Below, in pieces: positions 23,645-31,684 of a stretch of 64,000 bases of DNA (positions are counted from its first letter, which is position 1; the number at the start of each line of letters is the position of its first letter). The DNA is from an uncultured Actinomycetes bacterium (GTDB taxonomy: Bacteria; Actinomycetota; Thermoleophilia; RBG-16-64-13). The stretch lies in assembly GCA_963706025.1 (NCBI GenBank), contig CAVPLM010000005.1:192001-256000 (forward strand), read 5' to 3'. The notes under the pieces are model-generated. The model saw nothing but the letters and a program-made list of their open reading frames with translations. It was not told where the DNA came from and searched no databases. The translations under genes and the position numbers were made by a program.

Positions 23645-23660
23645 GCCTGATACTTGACCA
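23620..23660. repeat. Perfect 17-bp inverted repeat with 7-nt loop over the pyrD stop
   Basis: TGGTCAAGTATCAGGCT-gtactta-AGCCTGATACTTGACCA; possible terminator or operator. Confidence 0.9.
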
Positions 23661-23679
23661 TAGAATCGCGCGATACTTG

Positions 23680-23707
23680 TTGCTTCCTTCGACGCCATGA
23701 GTATAAT
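23680..23707 (+). promoter_or_regulatory. Sigma-A-type promoter of mihF-gmk-rpoZ-coaBC
   Basis: TTGCTT-16bp-TATAAT. Confidence 0.55.
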
Positions 23708-23732
23708 GACTTCCGTGGACCAGACCTTGAAT

Positions 23733-24047
23733 ATGACCCCACAAACCCCCGAGCGCAGTCATCAGCAGCGGATGGAAGCGCTTCGGCGCGCGAACGATAT
23801 CCGTTCCGAAAGGGCTCGACTCAAAGAGGGGCTTCGTAACGGCGACGTTACCATCGTCGAAGTGCTGGTCGATCCTCCGTTGTGCATACATACGGCCAAG
23901 GTGCTCGATCTTGTTCTGGCAGTTCCCAAGTACGGAAGGGTCAAGGCCAATAGGCTCCTTGAGCGGTGCCGGGTGAGTTCTTCGAAGACGGTGAACGGGC
24001 TTACTCCTCGTCAGCGCAAAGAGCTGATCGATATGCTGGTCGACTGA
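23733..24047 (+). CDS. mihF: Actinobacterial integration host factor (mIHF)
   Basis: QRMEALRRAN.IR..RA.LK..L...KV.DL.LAVPKYGRVKA...S.SKTV.GL..RQR.EL; conserved position between the pyr genes and gmk. Confidence 0.88.
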   Translation: MTPQTPERSHQQRMEALRRANDIRSERARLKEGLRNGDVTIVEVLVDPPLCIHTAKVLDLVLAVPKYGRVKANRLLERCRVSSSKTVNGLTPRQRKELIDMLVD

Positions 24048-24067
24048 CCGGCGCACAGCCGGGTGCG

Positions 24068-24673
24068 GTGATAGCCAGGCTGATCGTCATCGCCGGGCCT
24101 TCGGGGGCGGGCAAAGGCACTCTGATAGCCCGCCTTCTCCAAGAGCTCACCGGTATTGTCCTCTCCGTATCCGCCACCACACGGCCCAGGCGACTGGGTG
24201 AGGTGGACGGCCGAGAGTATTTCTTCCTGAGTAGAACCCAGTTCAAGGATTGGGTCGAGCGGGGCTTGTTTCTCGAATGGGCCACTTATAGCGGGCATCG
24301 TTACGGTACTCCCAAACAGGCCGTGAGTGACCATCTGAACGCCGGACTCGATGTCATTCTTGAGATCGAGATCGAAGGCGCGCGGCAGGTGCTGGAACAG
24401 TGTCCGGCAGCGCTGATGATCTTCATCATGCCGCCCTCGCTCGCCGAGCTGGAGGGGCGGCTGCGGGGAAGAAAGACCGAAAGTGAGGAATCGATCCAGA
24501 AGCGGCTCGGGCGTGCGGCAGAAGAGATGGCGGCCGTGGCGGCCGGGGAGTGGCCGGGCCGGCGTCAATTCGACTATGTTATAGTGAACGATAGCGTGAA
24601 ACGGGCGAGCCAAGAGCTGGTCCGCGTAATCGAGCAAACCAGGGAAGGGTATGAACAAGCCGACAGTCGATGA
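24068..24673 (+). CDS. gmk: Guanylate kinase
   Basis: GPSGAGKGT, SATTRPRR.GEVDGREYFF, FLEWA, YGT, EIEIEGA. Confidence 0.95.
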   Translation: MIARLIVIAGPSGAGKGTLIARLLQELTGIVLSVSATTRPRRLGEVDGREYFFLSRTQFKDWVERGLFLEWATYSGHRYGTPKQAVSDHLNAGLDVILEIEIEGARQVLEQCPAALMIFIMPPSLAELEGRLRGRKTESEESIQKRLGRAAEEMAAVAAGEWPGRRQFDYVIVNDSVKRASQELVRVIEQTREGYEQADSR

Positions 24674-24923
24674 GATACTCGTTGGTCTATCCGCTGCACG
24701 TGACGAGGAGACCGAGGAACCCAATCGGTATACGGCCGTCATGGTCACCGCCAAACGGGCCCGGCAGATCAACAGCTATTACCATAGTCTTGGCGAGGGA
24801 GGGGCTCTCGACAGCTTCGCTCCCCCTCTGGTCGCCAGCTTCACCAAGAACTACCTCAGCATCTCTATGGCCGAGGTAGCTAGGGCCGAGATCGCTTACA
24901 GGCTGCGTCCTACCCGCCAGTAG
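24651..24923 (+). CDS. rpoZ: RNA polymerase omega subunit
   Basis: NRY..V.VTAKRARQINSYY..LGEG...PPLV...LSI...E; gmk-rpoZ-coaBC synteny. Confidence 0.88.
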   Translation: MNKPTVDEILVGLSAARDEETEEPNRYTAVMVTAKRARQINSYYHSLGEGGALDSFAPPLVASFTKNYLSISMAEVARAEIAYRLRPTRQ

Positions 24924-24942
24924 GGAGAGCAGGGAGCGTGTG

Positions 24943-26178
24943 ATGGCTGATCGGCCCGTGGTCCTGCTGGGGGTGACGGGAGGGATCGCCGCATACAAAG
25001 CTGCCGAGCTGCTGCGGGGTCTGCAGAAGGCGGGCATGGAAGTCCGGGTGATCATGACCCGGGCGGCCACCAAGTTCATCAGCCCCATGACCTTCGAAGC
25101 GCTGTCGACACATCCCGTTCGGCTGGATGACATAAGCGAGATGCGCGCTGACTCGCGCATCACCCATGTCGAGGACAGCCAAGACGCCGATATCATGGTG
25201 ATCGCCCCGGCCACGGCCAACACGCTGGCCAAGATGGCCAACGGCATAGGCGATAATCTCCTCACCTCCATGTGCTTGGCCTTCGCGAAAACGGTGGTGG
25301 TCGCGCCGGCCATGAACACCAACATGTGGGAACACCCGGCGACCCAACACAATGTGGATCTGCTGCGCGAACGTGGCGTGTTCGTGGTGGAGCCCGGCGC
25401 GGGCGAGTTGGCCTGTGGCGTTTACGGCTCGGGTCGCATGGCGGAACCGGATAGCATAGTGGCCGAGGTCAAGCTGCGGCTGCAGGTGCAGCGGAAACGC
25501 GACCTGAGGGGCCTGCGCGTGGTAATCACGGCCGGCGGCACCCGGGAGCCCATCGACGCTGTGCGTTTCATCGGCAATCGCAGCTCGGGGAAGATGGGGT
25601 TCGCCCTCGCGAGAGCGGCCTTTGACCGCGGTGCCATGGTGGACCTTATCGAGGCTAACGTCGACATGCCTGCAGCGCCCGGTGTCCGTCAAACCGAGGC
25701 TGCCACCGCGGGCGAGATGCACGCCGAGGTCATGAAACGTCTGCCCGACACCGACATCCTCATAATGGCCGCTGCCGTGGCGGACTACCGGGTAGCAGAC
25801 GGGCCTGCCGGCGGCAAGATCGGCAAAGACAAGGACAAATGGGCCATCGGACTGCAGGCGACCACCGACATCCTGTGCGAGGTGGCCGCCCATCACAAAG
25901 GCCAGTTCCTGGTGGGCTTCGCCGCCGAATACGGCCTCGAGGGCCTTGAGCGGGCCCGGGGGAAGATGGAGCGTAAGCGTCTCGACATGATCGTGTTCAA
26001 CGATATTTCCCGCACCGACATCGGCTTCGATTCCGACTTCAACGAGGTGCGCATCCTGACCCCCGACTCCGAAGTCCTGGTGGAGAAGGCGCCCAAGGAG
26101 ACCATCGCCGAGATCATTCTTGACAATATCGCCCTGGCCGTGCGCGCCGGGCGCGGCGAAACCCCGCTCCCGGCATAG
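24943..26178 (+). CDS. coaBC: Bifunctional phosphopantothenoylcysteine decarboxylase/ligase
   Basis: GVTGGIAAYKA, APATANTLAK, APAMN, GELACG..GSGRM, TAGGTREPIDAVRFIGNRSSGKMG, VGFAAE. Confidence 0.95.
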   Translation: MADRPVVLLGVTGGIAAYKAAELLRGLQKAGMEVRVIMTRAATKFISPMTFEALSTHPVRLDDISEMRADSRITHVEDSQDADIMVIAPATANTLAKMANGIGDNLLTSMCLAFAKTVVVAPAMNTNMWEHPATQHNVDLLRERGVFVVEPGAGELACGVYGSGRMAEPDSIVAEVKLRLQVQRKRDLRGLRVVITAGGTREPIDAVRFIGNRSSGKMGFALARAAFDRGAMVDLIEANVDMPAAPGVRQTEAATAGEMHAEVMKRLPDTDILIMAAAVADYRVADGPAGGKIGKDKDKWAIGLQATTDILCEVAAHHKGQFLVGFAAEYGLEGLERARGKMERKRLDMIVFNDISRTDIGFDSDFNEVRILTPDSEVLVEKAPKETIAEIILDNIALAVRAGRGETPLPA

Positions 26179-26287
26179 GCGCCCTGCCGGGCCGTCCGCA
26201 TTCGCATCGGTACCGCAGCCCGCGAGCGCCTGCCCCTCACCTCGGGAGCGTTTGACCACACCGGGCTCGTGTGCCGTACTCCCGCGC

Positions 26288-26322
26288 AAAAAGGAGGAGC
26301 AGCCCTGCGGCTGCTCCTCCTT
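26288..26322 (-). terminator. Intrinsic terminator downstream of the substrate-binding protein gene
   Basis: 14-bp stem AAGGAGGAGCAGCC/GGCTGCTCCTCCTT with 4-nt loop and U-tract on the minus strand; lies between convergent genes. Confidence 0.8.
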
Positions 26323-26369
26323 GAGAAGACCGGTCTCGCGGCCCTGCCGGGCCGGAAGCGACGGCTCTA

Positions 26370-27854
26370 CTATGCGTAGGGGATCGGCTCGAACTTCTTC
26401 TGGATCGGCATGTTCGGGTCCATCCCGTAACAGATGTAGATGTCGTATTTGAACCTGGGATCCTCGGACTTGGCCCACTGGCCGCCGGCGATCTTGATCT
26501 TGTACACGTTCGGGACCGGGCGGACCGTTTTCGGCGCGACCGGAAGGTTGAAGTCGACCGGGCCGTTGATACCCTCGAACTTCGTGGTCTTGATGGCCTC
26601 GACGTAGAGCTCCTTGTTCTCGATGTCGGGAACACGCTTCAGCACATCGACAGCCCACTCGTACTTGCCTAGCTGACCGAGAGGCTGAGTCCACTGCTCG
26701 CCTGTGTCGGTGGTGTACTGCTCGGCGTATTCCTCGCAGGTCTGCCCGGTGAGGTAGCTCTTGTAGGGGAACTTGGGGTGCCACACCATGTGGTCCGAGG
26801 TCCCGATACCGATGTCGCCCACAGCCTCGATGCTCTTGTGGAACAGAAGGGCCTTGCTCATGCTGAGGATCTTAGGCTGGTAGCCCTGCTGCGCGCACTG
26901 CTGCCAGAAGGTGGTGAAGTCAGGCGGGGTCTGGAGCCCCGTGCAGACCTCGCAGCCGTTCTTCTTGTAGTCAGAGATCTGCGAAGTGAAGTCCTCCGAC
27001 GGGGGCTGATACATCTCCGGCTTGGAGCCGGTGGTGTAGCCGCCCTTCACCAGGATGGGCTCCAGCCCGGTGTCGGGGTTCGACCAGGCCTGACCGTCCG
27101 CGTCGTTCGGGAAGAGGTACCCCACCGTCTTGTTGGTCTCGATCTGGTCCCACATACCCAAGCGGCACTCGCCTGCATCCTCGACGCCGAAGTGGTACAT
27201 CCAGGTCCACGTGAAAGGCGTATCCGGGGTGGCGCCGCGGCCGAAGTAGAACGGCTGCCACGGAACGAAGTTGGCCAGGAAGGGGATCCCGTTCGCCTCG
27301 CACTGATCGGCCGCTGGGTTGACGGTGTCGGGGCTGGACGACGCCACCATCATGTCGACCTTCTCGTTGAAGATCAGATCCTGCGTGACCTCGGCCGCCC
27401 GGTTGGGGCTTGACTGGGTGTCGAGCTGGATGATCTCGATGGGGTGAAGTTTGCCGTCTCCACACACTACGCCCTCACCGACGGCTTTCAGAACGTAGCT
27501 GACGATCCACTTGTCGGGACCGCCGAACGAGGCCAGTGGTCCGGTAATGGGAGACACGGCTCCGATCTTGACCGGACGACCGGCCTCGACCCCCGCGGTA
27601 GTGGTCGTGGTCTCGGCTGCGGCGGTGGTCGTGGTCTCGGCTGCGGCGGTGGTGGTGGTCTCGGCTGCGGCGGTCGTAGTGGTCTCCTCTTCACCGCACG
27701 CGGCCAGAAATCCTCCGAGGCCCGCCCCGACGCCTATCGTCGCACCGGCGATACCCGCCACCTTGAGGAACTCGCGACGGCTCACCGGTTTGTCTTTTAG
27801 CGCTCCCGGCTCCTCTCGTTCTCCGTCCGAGAGTCTCTTTTCCTTGTCGGACAT
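26370..27854 (-). CDS. Tat-exported lipoprotein, ABC substrate-binding protein (branched-chain amino acid/HAAT type)
   Basis: VSRREFLK Tat motif, LAAC lipobox, ETTTTAAA linker, KIGAVSPITGPLASFG, DTQSSPNRA; AAGGAGG RBS. Confidence 0.85.
   Translation of the reverse strand: MSDKEKRLSDGEREEPGALKDKPVSRREFLKVAGIAGATIGVGAGLGGFLAACGEEETTTTAAAETTTTAAAETTTTAAAETTTTTAGVEAGRPVKIGAVSPITGPLASFGGPDKWIVSYVLKAVGEGVVCGDGKLHPIEIIQLDTQSSPNRAAEVTQDLIFNEKVDMMVASSSPDTVNPAADQCEANGIPFLANFVPWQPFYFGRGATPDTPFTWTWMYHFGVEDAGECRLGMWDQIETNKTVGYLFPNDADGQAWSNPDTGLEPILVKGGYTTGSKPEMYQPPSEDFTSQISDYKKNGCEVCTGLQTPPDFTTFWQQCAQQGYQPKILSMSKALLFHKSIEAVGDIGIGTSDHMVWHPKFPYKSYLTGQTCEEYAEQYTTDTGEQWTQPLGQLGKYEWAVDVLKRVPDIENKELYVEAIKTTKFEGINGPVDFNLPVAPKTVRPVPNVYKIKIAGGQWAKSEDPRFKYDIYICYGMDPNMPIQKKFEPIPYA
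27601..27686 (-). repeat. 24-bp coding tandem repeat (ETTTTAAA)x3.5
   Basis: GTGGTCGTGGTCTCGGCTGCGGCG units on the plus strand. Confidence 0.9.
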
Positions 27855-28088
27855 GCTGCTGCCCCTCCTTGTGGGATTGAAATGTGAGTGCATACTTACC
27901 ACATCGCTCGCCTGCCTGCCAGACGGCACAGGGCGAGTAAGGAAACCTGAGTGAGGTGGAAACAGATCCACCATCAGCGTTTTGAGGAAGCACCGCGACG
28001 GCGCCAATGGAAGGAGGGCGAACCTCCCGCGGGACCCGTCCTAGGCCTGGATGCGTTCGCCGGTTTGAACCGGCCAGAGGGAGACTGC

Positions 28089-29176
28089 TTAGGCCGACTC
28101 TCTCATGGCTTGGATCTCGTCGGCGGCCTTGATCTGCTCCAGGGCCTTGGCCTCGATCTGCCGGATGCGCTCGCGGCTGACGTTGAAGCGGCTGCTGACC
28201 TCGGCCAGGGTCCGGGGATGCTCACCCTTGAGGCCGAAGCGGAGTTCCACTACCTTGCGCTCCCGTTCGTCCATGGCCTTGAGCACTCGGTCCAGGCTCT
28301 CTTTGGCGATGATGCTGGACACCACGTCGGCAGGATCCGGGGTGTTGGAATTCTCGATGAAATCACCGAGCTCCGCGTCTTCTTCGTCGCCGATGGGGGT
28401 CTCGAGCGAGGTGGTACGCTGGGCGATCTTGCGCATCTCCTGCACTTCTTGAGGATCGATACCCAGCTCGTAGGCCAGTTCGTCGTCGTTGGGCTCCTTG
28501 CCGGTCTCCTGCAGGAGCTTCCGCTCGGTGCGGACCATCTTGTTGATCTTCTCGATCATGTGCACCGGGATGCGGATGTTGCGGTCCTGGTTGGCGATGG
28601 CCCGGGTGATGGCCTGCCTGATCCACCAGGTAGCGTAGGTGGAGAACTTGTAGCCTTTGCGGTAGTCGAACTTCTCCACCGCGCGGATGAGACCGGTGTT
28701 GCCCTCCTGAATGAGGTCGAGCAGGTCCATGTCCTGGGTGTAGTAGTTCTTGGCGATGGAGATGACCAGACGCAGGTTGGACTGGATCATGCGGTCCTTG
28801 GCGCGCTTGTCACCCGCCTCGATGCGCTTGGCCAGTTCGATCTCTTCATCTTTTGTGAGCAACGGGATCTCCCCGCCTCTTTGAGGTAGAGGCGAAGAGG
28901 GTCATGCGTGACCGTCTCGATCGACAGGTCGAGCGTGGGCTCGGTGGGCTCCAGGACGCCTTGCGTGACCGGGCTCTGCTCGTAGATCTCGATGGACTGG
29001 TCGAAGAGCTGCGAATACAGATCCTCGATCTCTTCCATGGTCATGTCGTATTCCTCGACCAGGGCCATGATCTCGTCGCTGGTGACGTAGCCGCGCTCCT
29101 GGCCGAGCTGCAAAAGGTCTTGGACGTCCACTATGGTGCGGACGTCGATGGTGGCGATATCACTTTCTCTATGCAC
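28089..29176 (-). CDS. RpoD/SigA-family sigma-70 factor, divergent, with region 1.1 (frameshift at the G-run near 28872)
   Basis: Region 1.1 [16 protein letters not shown], 1.2 DPLRLYLKE..(E)IPLLT, region 2 [10 protein letters not shown]...[41 protein letters not shown], region 4 [12 protein letters not shown]. Confidence 0.9.
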
Positions 29177-29216
29177 TGTCTTCTGCTATCCTAATTGGAG
29201 ATTCAAGCTTTCTCTT

Positions 29217-29245
29217 TTTATACCCTCTCACGACGCAAACCGCAA
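29217..29245 (-). promoter_or_regulatory. Proximal sigma-A-type promoter (P2) of the sigma gene
   Basis: Minus strand TTGCGG-17bp-TATAAA, about 40 bp upstream of the start codon. Confidence 0.55.
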
Positions 29246-29310
29246 CAGTTTACTCCGACTCCTCGACGCTGTCAATGCGCGCGTCACTCCCTGCCTACAG
29301 GTACAGGTAT

Positions 29311-29339
29311 AGTATACCGAACAAACGTTCGTACCGCAA
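29311..29339 (-). promoter_or_regulatory. Distal promoter (P1) of the sigma gene with a LexA (Cheo) box in the spacer
   Basis: Minus strand TTGCGG-17bp-TATACT; plus strand 29318-29331 CGAACAAACGTTCG matches CGAACRNRYGTTCG. Confidence 0.8.
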
Positions 29340-29532
29340 CTCCACGCACCAGTAGCTTCCCTGACCTGACGCCGATACCCAAGAGGAAGTTCCCGGCGCC
29401 CGGGTCTTCTTAAACGGGCGCCATCCCGGCTCGGCCTTCCCGCCGGGGCCGCTTTGTGAGACATTTCGAGGGGCGTCCAGCCTCGATGACCATGATGCGG
29501 CCAAGTCGCAGGATCAAGGAGACCCACCGGAC

Positions 29533-30576
29533 ATGACTCTCGTCGGATCTGACCAAGCCGAGGCGCCTGTTGTTCTCACCATCGACGCCGAGGGAGGAGA
29601 CAACGCGCCGGCGGAGATCGTGGCCGGGGCCCTTCTGGCCGCTTCGCCTTCACTACGCGTGCTTCTGGTGGGACGACCGGAGGTCTTGGAGATCCAGCTC
29701 GGAGCCGCCGATCGCCGCTACGTGGACGTCGTGCCGAGCGCATCGGTAATCAGCTCTCATCTGGAGCCTGTCGCGGCCGTGAAGGGCATGCAGGACTCCT
29801 CCATCGTGGTGGGAGCCCGGACCGTGGTGGACGGCTCGTCTCAGGGGTTCATCTCCGCCGGCAGCACTGGGGCCGTGCTGGCGGCGGCCCTGCTGCTGGT
29901 CCGGCGCGTGGAAGGCATAAGAAGGCCTGCGATCGTCACCATTCTGCCGGGGCTGGAAGGCCCGGTAGTATTCCTGGATTCGGGGGCTAATGCCGACTGC
30001 CGTCCCGAGCACCTGGTGGAGTTCGGTGTGTTGGGTACGGCCTATGCGCGCACCGTCATGGGATTGCCGGCACCCCGCGTGGGCCTTCTCAACATCGGTG
30101 AAGAGGAGAGCAAAGGCAATGAATTGGCTCAGGCCTCCTACCGCGGCCTGACAGCATCGGGGCTCAATTTCATCGGGAACGTGGAGGGACGCGATCTGCT
30201 CCGGAACACGGCCGACGTGGTGGTGACGGACGGCTTCACCGGCAATGTGGCCCTGAAGCTACTGGAGGGGTGCTCAGCGGTCCTCTTCGGTCGACTGAAA
30301 GAGGCGGCACGCTCCAGCACACGGGCGAGAACCGGGGGCATGCTGTTGAAGCCGGCGTTGCGCGGGCTGCGCGCGGGGTTCGACCCGGAGGCGTACGGGG
30401 GCACGTATCTGCTGGGGGTGCGGGGCCTGGTCGTGATCTGTCACGGGAACGCCACCCGCAAGGCTATCGCCAATGCCCTGCGCTTCGGCGCCGACGCGCT
30501 GCGAAGAGGCGTACTGACCGGGGTGGATGCGGAGGTGGTCGCGATCCTGGGCCGGGGAGATGCTGCCTCTTCTTGA
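29533..30576 (+). CDS. plsX: Phosphate acyltransferase
   Basis: IDAEGGDNAP, SAGSTGA, GIRRPA, LDSGANAD, GLLNIGEEESKGN, FIGNVEGRD, DGFTGNVALK, ICHG. Confidence 0.95.
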   Translation: MTLVGSDQAEAPVVLTIDAEGGDNAPAEIVAGALLAASPSLRVLLVGRPEVLEIQLGAADRRYVDVVPSASVISSHLEPVAAVKGMQDSSIVVGARTVVDGSSQGFISAGSTGAVLAAALLLVRRVEGIRRPAIVTILPGLEGPVVFLDSGANADCRPEHLVEFGVLGTAYARTVMGLPAPRVGLLNIGEEESKGNELAQASYRGLTASGLNFIGNVEGRDLLRNTADVVVTDGFTGNVALKLLEGCSAVLFGRLKEAARSSTRARTGGMLLKPALRGLRAGFDPEAYGGTYLLGVRGLVVICHGNATRKAIANALRFGADALRRGVLTGVDAEVVAILGRGDAASS

Positions 30577-30651
30577 CCGCCGTTGATACAATGGTCCTGT
30601 CCCTGGAGTCACCTCCGTCATCGTTTCGATACTGGACGCAAGGAGCAGCAG

Positions 30652-30892
30652 ATGATCAGAGAGGAGATCTTCGCCAAGGTGCGCGACTATCCTGGTGGAG
30701 CAGCTTGGTGTCGACGCCGACGACGTCACGGAGGAAGCCTCCTTCCAGGACGACCTGAACGCCGACAGCCTGGACCTCGTGGAGCTCATCATGGAGCTTG
30801 AAGACCAGTTCGGCGTGAAGATCTCCGACGAAGAGGCTCAGACCATCACCACGGTGGGCGCAGCGGTCGACTTCATCGCCGCCCGCGTCTGA
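30652..30892 (+). CDS. acpP: Acyl carrier protein (frameshift near 30690, sequencing error)
   Basis: [12 protein letters not shown] then EQLGVD...[21 protein letters not shown]; AAGGAG RBS; candidate extended -10 TGATACAAT at 30584-30592. Confidence 0.93.
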
Positions 30893-31014
30893 CGTCCATC
30901 CCGGGGAGAGACTGGAAAGTGCGGGGGCTGCCGGCGCTGGTGCGGGCAGTCCCCGCTTTGCCTTGGCCGCGGTCACGTCGGGCCGACCGTCTTTCTCCCG
31001 CGAGTGAAGGTCCG

Positions 31015-31683
31015 ATGCTCATGGCCCTTGCGCGGCAATTGCCCCCCAGATTGCTTGAACTGGCGCTCACTCACTCCTCCTGGGTGGACACAAGGACCGA
31101 ATCGTACGAGCGGCTGGAGTTCCTCGGCGACAGCGTCCTGGGGCTGGCCATCGCTTCCGCTCTCTACCAGCGCTATCCGCGGAACGACGAGGGTGACATG
31201 GCCAGGGTCAAGGCTTTCGTGGTCAGCCGGACAAGCTGCGCACAGGTCGCCCGGGCGCTCGAAATAGAGGGGCTGCTGGTCGAGCATGCTCCGGCACCGG
31301 AGAGCAGACGCAGGGAGGCGGCAGGTAACCCGACCATCCAGGGAAATGTGCTCGAGGCCCTTATCGGCGCCATCTATCTGACTCACGGGTTCGAGCAGAC
31401 CCGCGGCGCGGTGGTCGGGGCTTTTGAGCGACAGATCCACTACGCGGTTACGGCCCACGTCGATCACAAGACGGCGCTGCAGGAGTTGCTGGCCCCGCGC
31501 GGTCTGCAGCCGGTCTACCGGCTGGTGGTCGAGACCGGCCCGCCGCACGCCCGCGTGTTCACGTCCGAGGTCCTGGTCGGTGGGTCACTCGGAGGGCGGG
31601 GCACGGGCACCACCATCAAGATGAGCGAGCAAGCGGCCGCCGAGGAGGCCCTCGCCTCCTTGAGGGAAGGCAAGGTGCAGTAG
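31015..31683 (+). CDS. rnc: Ribonuclease III
   Basis: ALTHSS, ERLEFLGDSVL signature, dsRBD DHKTALQE...GPPH..F...EQAAA; start uncertain (30919-31021). Confidence 0.93.
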   Translation: MLMALARQLPPRLLELALTHSSWVDTRTESYERLEFLGDSVLGLAIASALYQRYPRNDEGDMARVKAFVVSRTSCAQVARALEIEGLLVEHAPAPESRRREAAGNPTIQGNVLEALIGAIYLTHGFEQTRGAVVGAFERQIHYAVTAHVDHKTALQELLAPRGLQPVYRLVVETGPPHARVFTSEVLVGGSLGGRGTGTTIKMSEQAAAEEALASLREGKVQ

Positions 31684-31684
31684 C

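Noticed and set aside
31340-31365. RNase III GNVLEA (Asn at the third acidic position) as an inactive enzyme
   Set aside because: The signature ERLEFLGD and the essential downstream Glu are intact; this position is less strictly required.
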